Positions 1-8,791 of a DNA stretch of 42,169 nucleotides are shown piece by piece. The notes under the pieces were generated by a model. It was not told where the DNA came from, ran no database searches, and saw only the letters and a program-made list of their open reading frames with translations. The DNA is taken from the IMG/VR virus record IMGVR_UViG_2541047917_000006, positions 1-42,169 of that record. The stretch is one strand, 5' to 3'. Both the position numbers and the translations under genes were made by a program. How positions within the stretch are numbered: position 1 is the stretch's first letter; each line of letters begins with the position of its first letter. The DNA is from a virus. Taxonomy: Duplodnaviria > Heunggongvirae > Uroviricota > Caudoviricetes.

Positions 1-1074
1 TCATTTGTCGATTTCAATTTTGTCCCATTCCCGTCCACGGCTGTCCCTATACCGCGCCGCCATTGAGTCTGATTTATGCCCGAGAAGACGTTGAGCAAAC
101 TTATCGCCAATCTGGTTCCGGTATAGCCTCGCTGACAGGCTACGCAGTTCATGGAATGTTGGCGGGTTTCCATCAAATGAGAGTCCAGATGCATTTCTCG
201 CCTTTGTAAAATACTTTGATACTGTTTTCGGGGAAAGCGGATCGTGATGCTTTGATGCGATTATAGTTTCACTGCTGCTGGCCTCCCTGCATTTCTGTAG
301 TGTATCAGCCAATGAGATATTGAGCGCGTCAATCGTTAGCGTTAGCGGAATGGCGAGTTTAGCCCCTGTTTTACTCTGTTCAATGTGAAGATGGTTGTCG
401 TTTATGTCTGACCATTTCATTCTGCACAAATCGCCGACTCTCTGCCCTGTAACGACGGCCAAATCCATCGCCAGCCTTAGGCAGATAGGGAGAGGTTCGG
501 CTGCATGGTAAATCTCGACATACTCATTAGCTGTCAGCCTTGAGCGCCTTACTTCTGACTTTGCTGTACGGGTTGCTGTTACCGGATTCGTTGCTACATG
601 CCCCTCGGCTATTGCCTCACGAAAAACGTCAACAAGGGTTGACCTGATTAATTTTGCGGAAGCCGCTTTACCTTCTGCTACGTAGGTGTTTAGCATTGCT
701 GCCACCTCTTTCGTTGATATGTCAGCGAGCGGTTTGTCCGGCAATTTTCTTCGGATTGCCCTGATTTTGCTGGCGTAGTCGAGTAGAGTTTTCGGTCTGA
801 TGCCCCTCTCGCTGAGAATTGTTTCATATCGGTCAAGCCACACATGAAGAGTGATTGAGTCAGCGCCTTTAATTCTGTCTATCAGTGATTTGCGTCCGCT
901 GTCTGAGAGTAACTCAATATTGGCCTGTATTGCTTCAGTGATTGCTATCCTCCTGTCTCGGCCTAATCCAAACTCTTTACCCGTCCTTGGGTCCCTGTAG
1001 CAGTAATATCCATTGTTTCTTATATAAAGGTTAGGGGGTAAATCCCGGCGCTCATGACTTCGCCTTCTTCCCAT
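1..1074 (-). CDS. int: Site-specific tyrosine integrase, lambda Int family
   Basis: 357-aa ORF starting MGRRRSHERRDLPPNLYIRNNGYYCYRDPRTGKEF, which matches lambda Int as I recall it; C-terminal HELRSLSARLY...LLGHKSD...YRD catalytic region; overlaps xis as in lambda. Confidence 0.95.
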   Translation of the reverse strand: MGRRRSHERRDLPPNLYIRNNGYYCYRDPRTGKEFGLGRDRRIAITEAIQANIELLSDSGRKSLIDRIKGADSITLHVWLDRYETILSERGIRPKTLLDYASKIRAIRRKLPDKPLADISTKEVAAMLNTYVAEGKAASAKLIRSTLVDVFREAIAEGHVATNPVTATRTAKSEVRRSRLTANEYVEIYHAAEPLPICLRLAMDLAVVTGQRVGDLCRMKWSDINDNHLHIEQSKTGAKLAIPLTLTIDALNISLADTLQKCREASSSETIIASKHHDPLSPKTVSKYFTKARNASGLSFDGNPPTFHELRSLSARLYRNQIGDKFAQRLLGHKSDSMAARYRDSRGREWDKIEIDK

Positions 1075-1270
1075 TTCTGATCCTCTTCAAAAGGCTACCT
1101 GTTACTGGTCGATTTAAGTCAACCTTTACCGCTGATTCGTGGAACAAATACTCTCTTCCATCCTTAACCGGAGGAGGGAATATCCTGCACTCGCGTACCC
1201 ATCGACGAACTGTTTCAAGGCTTCTTGGGCGTCGATGGCGTGCGTTCCACTCCTGAAGTGTCAAGTACAT
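1052..1270 (-). CDS. xis: Excisionase Xis
   Basis: Internal start MYLTLQEWNARHRRPRSLETVRRWVRECRIFPPPVKDGREYLF gives 72 aa, matching lambda Xis from memory; the ORF-track start lies 13 codons upstream. Confidence 0.9.
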   Translation of the reverse strand: MYLTLQEWNARHRRPRSLETVRRWVRECRIFPPPVKDGREYLFHESAVKVDLNRPVTGSLLKRIRNGKKAKS

Positions 1271-1376
1271 CGCAAAGTCTCCGCAATTACACGCAAGAAA
1301 AAGCCGCATTGATGCGGCGATGGTAGGTCTGGATATCTTGAGAAATTAACAGGCCTCATCGAGTGTGAGGCTGTAG

Positions 1377-1721
1377 TTAGTCCTTGCGTAGCTCGCTGAT
1401 TCTTCTGTAAGTCTCTGGCGCTTTGTTTCCGTGTATCTTCATTTCAGACTTCAACAGAGCAACGAGGGAATCCCATTCGTTGAGGATGCCTTTGAATGCC
1501 GGAATGCGCTTTGCAACCTTGTCGAATGAATCTCTGATTTCTGGAATCTGCTCAACAAGTGCAACGCATCGTCGGAAATCGGCTGCATCATGTGGAGCGC
1601 CGAAGTGATGACCATAGATATTCTTTTTCAGTCCACATGCGATTGAGGCAAGAGTTGCGCTACTGATGCCGACATCGCCAGTCGATTGCCATTTCAAAAC
1701 CTTCATAGCCAAATCTGACAT
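1377..1721 (-). CDS. Hypothetical early-left protein, 114 aa
   Basis: Intact ORF in the ea/delayed-early position downstream of xis; no family recognised. Confidence 0.55.
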   Translation of the reverse strand: MSDLAMKVLKWQSTGDVGISSATLASIACGLKKNIYGHHFGAPHDAADFRRCVALVEQIPEIRDSFDKVAKRIPAFKGILNEWDSLVALLKSEMKIHGNKAPETYRRISELRKD

Positions 1722-1821
1722 TTCTTGTCTCCATAAAACAAAACTCGCCGTAGCGAGTTCAGATAAAAGAAATACCCGCGAATGCGAGGATTGTTATTCA
1801 CCTTTGACGGCAAGTTGCAGG

Positions 1822-2736
1822 TTAGTCACGGTTAACTTCCTGCGGCGGTTCCGGTAGCGGCATCCAGTGGGTTACTCCATGCCATATACCAGTTAAGATT
1901 TCAAACCTTGGCTCTCTGCCTTTCTGTGTCTTGGCATATTCAGTTCTTGTATATACGCATTGTCTAACTGCATATCCATTCCATCCAATAACTGTTTGTC
2001 TGATTTCAGGCATTCGCTCACTACAGCTTATCCAACCATCCGGAGTTACCGGATAGTTGCCAGCCAGTCTACGCAAAACAGCCTTAACAGCCTCAATACG
2101 GTCATCATCGCAATTTTCCAGCGTATCTATGCGATCGAGCATGATGATGGCGTTATCAATATCAGGATTGCCGGTCCACTCATTACCGCGATTGGATTCG
2201 GCAGCCTGGTTGCCGCGTACTGGTTGATTCTCGGCTTTACCCTGTCTGTCGTCGCTGCATGAATGCCCTTCCAGCCAGACCAGTGCTTGTCGCATGAAAT
2301 ACGCAATATGCTTGCCGTGGTAATCGTCTTCATCGATGTGAAAAGCGATACTGCGGATATATTCAATTGCGTTTTCAATGGCCTCCGGCGTTATCGGAGT
2401 TGGTCCATCGAATTCTGGCATGTCAGGACCTTTTCTGATAGCTTTAGCCAGCTCCAGCGGGTCATCGTAAAGCCAGTCGCCAGTTTGTGGGTGATTTGCT
2501 TCTGCAAGCTGCGCAGCCCATTCAAGACCATCTTTTTGACCTTGGAGATAATCAAGCGGCAACTCTTCATGATTACTTGCAGGTTCGGCACTATCAGCTT
2601 CGCGCCGCTTCTGTAGCTCTGCTGCCATTGCTCTCACGACTTCAACTGGTGCCCTTGCAGCAAACTCTATGTTGGTGATTAGCTCATTAAGATATTGCTC
2701 GCCTGGATACTGTTTCTTATCGGTTATAGTGGTCAT
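1822..2736 (-). CDS. DUF551-domain protein (EaA-like), 304 aa
   Basis: Start reassigned to MTTITDKK, preceded by AAAGGAGAG. C-terminal WISCSERMPE...EILTGIWHGVTHWMPLPEPP resembles the DUF551 domain common in lambdoid ea regions. Confidence 0.7.
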   Translation of the reverse strand: MTTITDKKQYPGEQYLNELITNIEFAARAPVEVVRAMAAELQKRREADSAEPASNHEELPLDYLQGQKDGLEWAAQLAEANHPQTGDWLYDDPLELAKAIRKGPDMPEFDGPTPITPEAIENAIEYIRSIAFHIDEDDYHGKHIAYFMRQALVWLEGHSCSDDRQGKAENQPVRGNQAAESNRGNEWTGNPDIDNAIIMLDRIDTLENCDDDRIEAVKAVLRRLAGNYPVTPDGWISCSERMPEIRQTVIGWNGYAVRQCVYTRTEYAKTQKGREPRFEILTGIWHGVTHWMPLPEPPQEVNRD

Positions 2737-2737
2737 A

Positions 2738-3187
2738 TCACTCTCCTTTTCCCTGAAGCATAGCGGCACGGCAGGCGTTACATATTTCGGCAGCAATATC
2801 GCGCTCGCTATCGGTTAATTTGTACGTGGAAACATAGCCAGAGAGCATTTCTACGTTTTCCGGAGTTGCTTCTTCCGGCACTACCGGCGCTGGCGGGGCG
2901 ATGCGTCCAAGCAACTTATTTACCTCTTTCGCCATCGCGTCATATTTATCTAAATGGCGATTAGCTTCTAAGCAGACTCGGCGCATCTGATCTGAGTTAA
3001 CTCGTTTAACTGGATCTGCTTCCAGCGATGCCAGCGCAATCCGTGCCAGTTTTAGATCTCGTGCAACCATCTCAATAACAACTTTGCAGTCCGCACCTTC
3101 TTTGCTAACACGTCCTTTCAAGTTTTCCAGATAACTAACGCTTTCGCGTGCATGGGAGATTAACTGTTCTTTGGTAAAGGTGGTCAT
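2738..3187 (-). CDS. Hypothetical protein, 149 aa
   Basis: ORF tightly packed between neighbours; stop abuts the start of the downstream gene. Confidence 0.6.
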   Translation of the reverse strand: MTTFTKEQLISHARESVSYLENLKGRVSKEGADCKVVIEMVARDLKLARIALASLEADPVKRVNSDQMRRVCLEANRHLDKYDAMAKEVNKLLGRIAPPAPVVPEEATPENVEMLSGYVSTYKLTDSERDIAAEICNACRAAMLQGKGE

Positions 3188-3372
3188 TAGGCAGCTCTCT
3201 CAATAACAAGCAATTCGTCGTAGTCATAATCAGTTTCGGAACCATCCGTACCGAACAGAGTCACTTTGTCATTTTCCATCCAAAAAGATTTAACCGCACA
3301 TTGTTGACCTTTAGATGTTATGAGCACATCACCAGGGATTACGTCTTCAGCGCGAACCTCTAGTGTTCTCAT
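3187..3372 (-). CDS. Hypothetical small protein, 61 aa
   Basis: ORF overlapping both neighbours by 1-4 nt, consistent with translational coupling. Confidence 0.5.
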   Translation of the reverse strand: MRTLEVRAEDVIPGDVLITSKGQQCAVKSFWMENDKVTLFGTDGSETDYDYDELLVIERAA

Positions 3373-3899
3373 CGTGCTGCCCCCTCTTTGGTGAAAATGC
3401 CTGCTGCAATGCTGTTTATGATGCTGTCAGTGCATGGAGTAGAAAGCTGGGCATCTCCAGCAATTTTCATGACCTCAACATCCGCATATCGAATACCGAG
3501 GTGTATCAGACCGGCTATACCTGACTTAAGTCGAACATTTTCCATAAACAGATCTTTTTCCCGCTGTTTAGCGGCTTCCAACTCCATCGACAATTTTTCC
3601 AACTGCTCTTTATGCTTCTTGTATTCCTGATACGCGTGCCAAGACTGACCTTTGCGCACACTATCAGTGATATCAGCAACCTGCTCCGGTGTTAGCGTGG
3701 TCAGTGGCTGTGCTGGAAAAATCATCACTTTCCCGGCATCCCAATCAAAACCCGCCTGAATTGACTGAACCTCAACTGATGGTGTTGAACCGATGCGACC
3801 AGGCGAATGAACAACGATCGTTACATCCATATCGCGACGATGGCTGTGGTTGTTGGACAAAATACGATTCACCAACTCAGAAAATTTGGAAAATTTCAT
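3369..3899 (-). CDS. Hypothetical protein, 176 aa
   Basis: Start reassigned to internal [10 protein letters not shown], whose ATG overlaps the upstream stop (ATGA); coiled-coil middle section. Confidence 0.6.
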   Translation of the reverse strand: MKFSKFSELVNRILSNNHSHRRDMDVTIVVHSPGRIGSTPSVEVQSIQAGFDWDAGKVMIFPAQPLTTLTPEQVADITDSVRKGQSWHAYQEYKKHKEQLEKLSMELEAAKQREKDLFMENVRLKSGIAGLIHLGIRYADVEVMKIAGDAQLSTPCTDSIINSIAAGIFTKEGAAR

Positions 3900-4219
3900 G
3901 CTGATCCCTCTTTCTCTCCCCGGATAATTCTGTTGCACACATCCACACACTCGTCGCAGATGAAAACGGCGTCCCCAGCAATTAACTTTTTGACGGCGTA
4001 CTGGGATTTGTTGCAGAAGCTGCAACAAAGTGTTCGCCTGACTGATAAGGATGGAGCGCCAGATGTCAGCCGCTCCATATCGTTCTTGCGACGCAATATC
4101 ACACGGCTGAACTCAACCAGTTTCTCCGGGGATATCTCCTCCTCCGTAGCAAGCGCCTCTAATCGTTCGAGTATGTGGAAGGCTTTTTTCTGGGTAATTG
4201 CAGAATGCGATGTGGTCAT
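3896..4219 (-). CDS. ClpX-type C4 zinc-finger protein, 107 aa
   Basis: Start reassigned to MTTSHS, preceded by AAAGGAGAG. C-terminus [36 protein letters not shown] closely resembles the E. coli ClpX N-terminal zinc-binding domain (CSFCGKSQ...KLIAG...YICDECVDLCNDII). Confidence 0.75.
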   Translation of the reverse strand: MTTSHSAITQKKAFHILERLEALATEEEISPEKLVEFSRVILRRKNDMERLTSGAPSLSVRRTLCCSFCNKSQYAVKKLIAGDAVFICDECVDVCNRIIRGEKEGSA

Positions 4220-4220
4220 C

Positions 4221-4709
4221 TCACTCTCCTTTGATGCGAATGCCAGCGGCGCGGGAATCATTCCATCGCTTTACTTCTTCACGAATTACGTCAATGCATT
4301 CTTTCGAATCCATTAGGTAATCTTCATCAAAAAGACGTTCCTGTTCGTTTTCTATCGCAACAATGATTGCTTCAACTAACTTTTGTGCCTGAGAATCACT
4401 TTCTAACTCTGCTATGCGCTTACTTCCATCCGAGATAACGCCCTCGTAATACTCACGCTGCTCGTTGAGTTTTGATTTTGCCAACTCCAGTTGTTTTGTT
4501 AGTTCCGCAATACGGCAAACATCGTTGATACGCGTTTCCTCTAATGCGTTGATCTCATCCAACAATGCCAGCGCGATATCTGGCGAAAAGTGCTTCATAA
4601 AATCGTTAAGCGCATTAATTCGCTGATCGAAAGGCATTACAGGTGCTTCACCAGCAATTTTTGTTTTTTCAGCGATTTCACGAAGCTTTTGATAATCAAT
4701 CTTGCTCAC
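4221..4709 (-). CDS. Hypothetical coiled-coil protein, 162 aa
   Basis: GTG start (VSKIDYQKL) six nt after AAGGAGG; the GTG overlaps the upstream TGA stop. Confidence 0.6.
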   Translation of the reverse strand: MSKIDYQKLREIAEKTKIAGEAPVMPFDQRINALNDFMKHFSPDIALALLDEINALEETRINDVCRIAELTKQLELAKSKLNEQREYYEGVISDGSKRIAELESDSQAQKLVEAIIVAIENEQERLFDEDYLMDSKECIDVIREEVKRWNDSRAAGIRIKGE

Positions 4710-5251
4710 TGGCTGCCTCCTTTGCGAATCTGTTCCGCCCATTCTTCAAGGGATTTCTCCGCATATTCACCAGACAGGCCATCAATCGGATGCGCTTCAT
4801 TAACCAACTCTTCTTTCGCTGACAAAATCATGAGTGTAACGTCGAAAACTTCACGCAAAGGCTTATTGATAAATCCGTGATTGAACGCAGCAGCAAGACG
4901 GCTTGCGGTGTAGTTAATCCCCTCGTTGCGTGCCTCCGCACGTATTTCAGCCAGGAAAGCGTCGGTGGCTGGCATATTTCCTGTTGCCTTCATTGCCTCC
5001 AAAATAACCAGAACGCCATCTCGCCCAACTACCTCAGCGATAACCTCGGTGTTGTCGCCAACAACATCGCAGAATGCCTGAACTGCCTTACGAGCCAGCG
5101 CACTCTCCGCCGCCAGCGCCGCGCACTTGGCCTCCGCTTCAGCAAATTTACGCACCAGATATTCAGCGTTTGTTTCGTTAACCTTTAAATCTCGGGGGAT
5201 GCATTTCCCTTTCAGAAATCCATCCATCTCAATTAGTGACATTTGTTTCAT
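4706..5251 (-). CDS. Hypothetical protein, 181 aa (possibly Ea22-like)
   Basis: Start reassigned to [15 protein letters not shown]-overlapped with the upstream stop; the Ea22-like label is from memory only. Confidence 0.55.
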   Translation of the reverse strand: MKQMSLIEMDGFLKGKCIPRDLKVNETNAEYLVRKFAEAEAKCAALAAESALARKAVQAFCDVVGDNTEVIAEVVGRDGVLVILEAMKATGNMPATDAFLAEIRAEARNEGINYTASRLAAAFNHGFINKPLREVFDVTLMILSAKEELVNEAHPIDGLSGEYAEKSLEEWAEQIRKGGSQ

Positions 5252-5445
5252 TTCTTCCCACTCCGCCACATCGCATTCAGATATTTGTTTTGATTCACTG
5301 ATGGAAAAGAATTTCTCTTAAGTAATTCCTCTCTCGATGGCATTGGCTTTACGCGTTGGCGAATAATCATTTCTGCCGGAAGAATGCCGGGATTGTATGC
5401 AAGTCCTCTCATGGTAAATTCCTCAGTCATTACTGGTAGCGCCAT
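5248..5445 (-). CDS. Hypothetical small protein (start uncertain, 54-65 aa)
   Basis: ORF bridging two coupled genes; possible internal start MRGLAYNPG after GAGGAA. Confidence 0.35.
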   Translation of the reverse strand: MALPVMTEEFTMRGLAYNPGILPAEMIIRQRVKPMPSREELLKRNSFPSVNQNKYLNAMWRSGKK

Positions 5446-5719
5446 AGCGTGAGCGGTAATTACGCAGGCGCGGGTCGATATATTCAGGGAGTTTGTCTAT
5501 TGTCGCTTTTCGCAACGGTCTCATTGCTGTTTCGTTTGTTCGGTCCTTCTCCTGTTTTAGCGCGAGTTGTATATCGCGTCGGTACATCCGTTCTGCTTTT
5601 GTTTCTGGTGTCAGAGCAAGAAACGCGTCGAAATTGTTTTTGATATTCTCCAGCACCTCCGCCTTGGAGCTACCGGAGCAGTTGCGCGGGTCATCCGCAC
5701 CATACAGAGGCGCTGGCAT
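5423..5719 (-). CDS. Hypothetical protein, 98 aa
   Basis: ORF immediately downstream of the ssb-like gene; no family recognised. Confidence 0.5.
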   Translation of the reverse strand: MPAPLYGADDPRNCSGSSKAEVLENIKNNFDAFLALTPETKAERMYRRDIQLALKQEKDRTNETAMRPLRKATIDKLPEYIDPRLRNYRSRYGATSND

Positions 5720-5742
5720 AATTAAATCCTTATTTTTCTAAA

Positions 5743-6126
5743 TCAGAATGGGATGGAATCGTCGTATTCAGGATTATTTTGATGATTGCTACTTTGCTGC
5801 TGTTGGCTGTTTCCTGAAGTTGCAAATCCAATCTTTGCATTCAGTAATTCAAGAGTGATTGATTGACCATTTTGCTCCTGATAAACATCAACCCTGATGT
5901 TTTCTCCGGTAATTTCCACAATGCAACCTTCAACAAGAACACTACGGTAGTAATCCACTTGCGCTCCCGGCTTGGCAAATACAACGGCGCTGTAGTTTGT
6001 CCATTCTTTCTTTTTTGTCTGGCGATCGTAATACTGAACGCCAGCACGGATGTTGAATCCGATATTTTCACCGGCCTGAAACTCTCTTGCAGGCTTGTTT
6101 AGTCTTACAGTAATCGAATGGGCCAT
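5743..6126 (-). CDS. SSB-like single-strand DNA-binding protein, 127 aa
   Basis: Start reassigned to MAHSITV (TAATG overlap with erf stop). C-terminal Gln/Asn-rich linker ending DDSIPF, the acidic SSB tip motif (E. coli SSB ends DDDIPF). Confidence 0.7.
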   Translation of the reverse strand: MAHSITVRLNKPAREFQAGENIGFNIRAGVQYYDRQTKKKEWTNYSAVVFAKPGAQVDYYRSVLVEGCIVEITGENIRVDVYQEQNGQSITLELLNAKIGFATSGNSQQQQSSNHQNNPEYDDSIPF

Positions 6127-6731
6127 TAAGCAGCCGCTCCTTCTAATTCGTCTCGTCTGATGTTGTAAACGTCCTGCGCTTTGTGCTGCTCCGGTGTGCC
6201 TTCGAGCATCTTCCACGCTTTGGCGAACGCCTGTTTAAGCTCTTCTACGGTGTTTTTCTGCATTGCTGCGTCAGTGAATGCTTTTAGAACCTGTTCAGGT
6301 GTAGGTGATGGTTTTGATTGCTTTACTGCTGCGTTCTGCTGATGTTTATGCTCGTCTGTATCTGCATCTTTCGCATCATCAATGCCGAACAAACCATTGA
6401 GGCAATACTTGCGTGCATAAGAGCTTGTAGCTCCCGTAACTTGTGCAGAATCCATTCCTTTCTTGCTTTCTTCCTCTCGTGCAAGAGCGGTTGCCGTATG
6501 ACTGTTTTCGCCATCGGTAATAGTTGCCGTGGCTTTCACGTAATACCGATCACCAATCAACACAACTTCATCGCTGATTGACAAAAACAGACCATTCAGT
6601 AACGGCTTAACGCCTTCAAGAATGTCTTCGCAGCTTCTGTATTTATATTTACCGAATGAGTTGTACTGATTCTTGGGCGCGTTCAGATTTTCCTGAATGG
6701 CTGCCAGTCTTGCATAAAATTCTTTGCTCAT
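6126..6731 (-). CDS. erf: Erf single-strand annealing recombinase
   Basis: Start reassigned to MSKEFYARLAAIQENLNAPKNQYNSFGKYKYRSCEDILEGVKPLL, which matches P22 Erf as I recall it. Confidence 0.9.
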   Translation of the reverse strand: MSKEFYARLAAIQENLNAPKNQYNSFGKYKYRSCEDILEGVKPLLNGLFLSISDEVVLIGDRYYVKATATITDGENSHTATALAREEESKKGMDSAQVTGATSSYARKYCLNGLFGIDDAKDADTDEHKHQQNAAVKQSKPSPTPEQVLKAFTDAAMQKNTVEELKQAFAKAWKMLEGTPEQHKAQDVYNIRRDELEGAAA

Positions 6732-6832
6732 ATGTTTGTTCTCAGAATGGACATTCCCCAAGGAAATAACGCTGATTTAATACTTCGACTCGGGACAAAT
6801 TAAGGCATACCCGCATTCCTTCGCGGTCACCA

Positions 6833-6991
6833 TTATGGCGATACCAGAGAGCTTTCTGCGTGTACATGCGTCTCTGTAACTTGCTCTCCTTCACTGTGGT
6901 TGCAAGTGACATGCATATCTCCTTCGTTACCGATTAATTCTTTCATCTGACGAATGAATTCTTCGTCTGACCAGTTATCTGTAAAACTCAT
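6833..6991 (-). CDS. Hypothetical small protein, 52 aa, in the kil position
   Basis: Start MSFTDNW with ATG overlapping the cIII-like stop (ATGA); function unknown. Confidence 0.45.
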   Translation of the reverse strand: MSFTDNWSDEEFIRQMKELIGNEGDMHVTCNHSEGEQVTETHVHAESSLVSP

Positions 6992-7158
6992 GGACGGCCT
7001 TGTTGTTTCAAAATATCCCAAAGCTTTTCGAGCAAACTTTTCATTCTTGGTTGTTTAAAGTCTGCTCCGGTTAAAATATTTTTTCGTGAATGCTGTACCG
7101 ATAAAATCGGGTTGAAAGGGCGAACCGATGCCGCCCCTGCAATAGCGAACTGTTGCAT
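6988..7158 (-). CDS. cIII: CIII-like FtsH inhibitor, 56 aa
   Basis: Start reassigned to MQQFAIAG six nt after AAGGAG; N-terminal MQ.AIAG and central SLLEKLWDIL...QQGRP resemble lambda CIII (MQYAIAGW...ESLLERI...LNQPGVP). Confidence 0.7.
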   Translation of the reverse strand: MQQFAIAGAASVRPFNPILSVQHSRKNILTGADFKQPRMKSLLEKLWDILKQQGRP

Positions 7159-7359
7159 AGGATGCTCCTTCTGTTTGATTGCATAACGAAAACGCCTCGA
7201 ATGAAGCGTTATTGGTATGCATATAAAAAGGCCCTCACACTGGAGGGCAAAGAAGATTTCCAATAATCAGAACAAGTCGGCTCCTGTTTAGTTACGAGCG
7301 ACATTGCTCCGTGTATTCACTCGTTGGAATGAATACACAGTGCTGTGTTTATTCTGTTG

Positions 7360-7395
7360 TTTATGCCAAAAATAAAGGCCGACTATGCGGCCTCG
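7360..7395 (-). terminator. Hairpin plus T-run at the 3-prime end of the 207-aa gene
   Basis: Inverted repeat aggccg...cggcct overlapping the stop codon, followed on the minus strand by a T-rich run; approximate coordinates. Confidence 0.4.
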
Positions 7396-8006
7396 GAAGG
7401 AAGTCCAATCATCTTATTCAAATCTTCTACCCGTAAAGCAGGAAGTGCTGTACTTGCTTTATCTGCTTCTTTTGGTAGTAACTCTTTGCTTTCAGGCCAA
7501 ACTTCAATAAGTCGCTTAACTGTTGTGACTGAGTTCAAAGCAGCCCATACATTTGATTCGATATCCTTTTTCTTGGCTTCAAGTTTTTTTTGCAATGCGC
7601 AGATTTCATCAAACCTTTTTGTTATTTCGTGTTCTGCGTCAAACATGCATTTATCTTTTTCTGGGGTGGGGAGCAATATATCTTCACCGTTGCCGCCTTT
7701 TCCGTATGAATGCCAGCCAACCCTTCTTCCAGATACAGTCAGATAAATCGAAGCAGAACGAACATCGTATGAGTAAAGTGAACATCCCATCTTTTCAAGT
7801 TCTTCACTTATAGCTGCCAACTTGGATGATAACTGATCCACTTCCTCAGTTTTCTTTTTACCGCCAAACGCAATAACTCTGGCGTCAAGTGCAAGCTGGT
7901 TCTTTAACTTTGTTACTTCTTCAAGTTCAGTGAAAACCCCAGACTTAATTAAAGCGTTACGAGCAATTTCCTCTTTCATTCTCGTAGTTAAGCGGATTGA
8001 TGACAT
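7383..8006 (-). CDS. Hypothetical protein, 207 aa, at the sieB/exclusion position
   Basis: Start reassigned to MSSIRLTTRMKEEI after GAGAGGAA; soluble, coiled-coil rich, no family recognised; sits between ral and cIII. Confidence 0.65.
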   Translation of the reverse strand: MSSIRLTTRMKEEIARNALIKSGVFTELEEVTKLKNQLALDARVIAFGGKKKTEEVDQLSSKLAAISEELEKMGCSLYSYDVRSASIYLTVSGRRVGWHSYGKGGNGEDILLPTPEKDKCMFDAEHEITKRFDEICALQKKLEAKKKDIESNVWAALNSVTTVKRLIEVWPESKELLPKEADKASTALPALRVEDLNKMIGLPSEAA

Positions 8007-8042
8007 ATTAATTCCTCTCAAATAAGAAAATAAAGGCCACCA

Positions 8043-8243
8043 TCAGGCAGCCTTGTTATTCTGTTTACCAAGTTCTCTGGCAATCATTGCCGTCGTTCGT
8101 ATTGCCCATTTATCGACATATTTCCCATCTTCCATTACAGGAAACATTTCTTCAGGCTTAACCATGCATTCCGATTGCAGCTTGCATCCATTGCATCGCT
8201 TGAATTGTCCACACCATTGATTTTTATCAATAGTCGTAGTCAT
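8043..8243 (-). CDS. ral: Restriction alleviation protein Ral
   Basis: 66-aa ORF MTTTIDKNQWCGQFKRCNGCKLQSECMVKPEEMF..., matches lambda Ral as I recall it. Confidence 0.85.
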   Translation of the reverse strand: MTTTIDKNQWCGQFKRCNGCKLQSECMVKPEEMFPVMEDGKYVDKWAIRTTAMIARELGKQNNKAA

Positions 8244-8313
8244 ACGGATAGTCCTGGTATTGTTCCATCACATCCTGAGGATGCTCTTCGAACTCTTCAA
8301 ATTCTTCTTCCAT
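8227..8313 (-). CDS. Candidate 28-aa highly acidic peptide (MEEEFEEFEEHPQDVMEQYQDYPYDYDY)
   Basis: ATG five nt after GAGGTGA; overlaps the ral start in another frame; below the ORF-track size cutoff. Confidence 0.25.
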   Translation of the reverse strand: MEEEFEEFEEHPQDVMEQYQDYPYDYDY

Positions 8314-8423
8314 ATATCACCTCAAATAAGTGGTTTGCTGCCTAATTTCATTTTCTGGCGACCAACACAAGTCACACCCATTTCACTGCGTGGCTTGCGG
8401 TAGTAAATTAGGTTTGTTCAGAC

Positions 8424-8447
8424 AATAAAAAACCCACCGAAGTGGGC
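8424..8447 (-). terminator. Rho-independent terminator (tL1-like)
   Basis: Hairpin cccac-cgaa-gtggg followed on the minus strand by a T-run, immediately after the stop of the 114-aa gene. Confidence 0.55.
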
Positions 8448-8791
8448 TATGACCATTTTTTATTTGGATTTCGTTGGTGAGCGTGATTAACAACTCTGTG
8501 CATTACATCCTCATATTTTTCATCTTCAATTTTTTCGACATCGCGAGGAAATGGTGTTGCTAATGCTTTGTCAACTTTGTCCATTGGGTCTTCATTAATC
8601 TTATATTCAGGGCCATCATCTATAGCATTAAATCCAGGTGTTACACCGTTTTTTAATGCATATGCTATCCTTTTTTCCCATCTCGCTATTCTCCTCCTGT
8701 CTCGAGATGTAAGACCTCTATCAGATACTTTTCTGTTTTGTCCGCGGTCAGGATTAACATAAATAGTCTTTTTCACCATAAGCATACTCAA
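8447..8791 (-). CDS. Hypothetical Arg-rich protein, 114 aa, low-GC
   Basis: ORF directly downstream of N and coupled to it (TTG or internal ATG/GTG start); AT-rich codon usage unlike its neighbours. Confidence 0.5.
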   Translation of the reverse strand: MSMLMVKKTIYVNPDRGQNRKVSDRGLTSRDRRRIARWEKRIAYALKNGVTPGFNAIDDGPEYKINEDPMDKVDKALATPFPRDVEKIEDEKYEDVMHRVVNHAHQRNPNKKWS

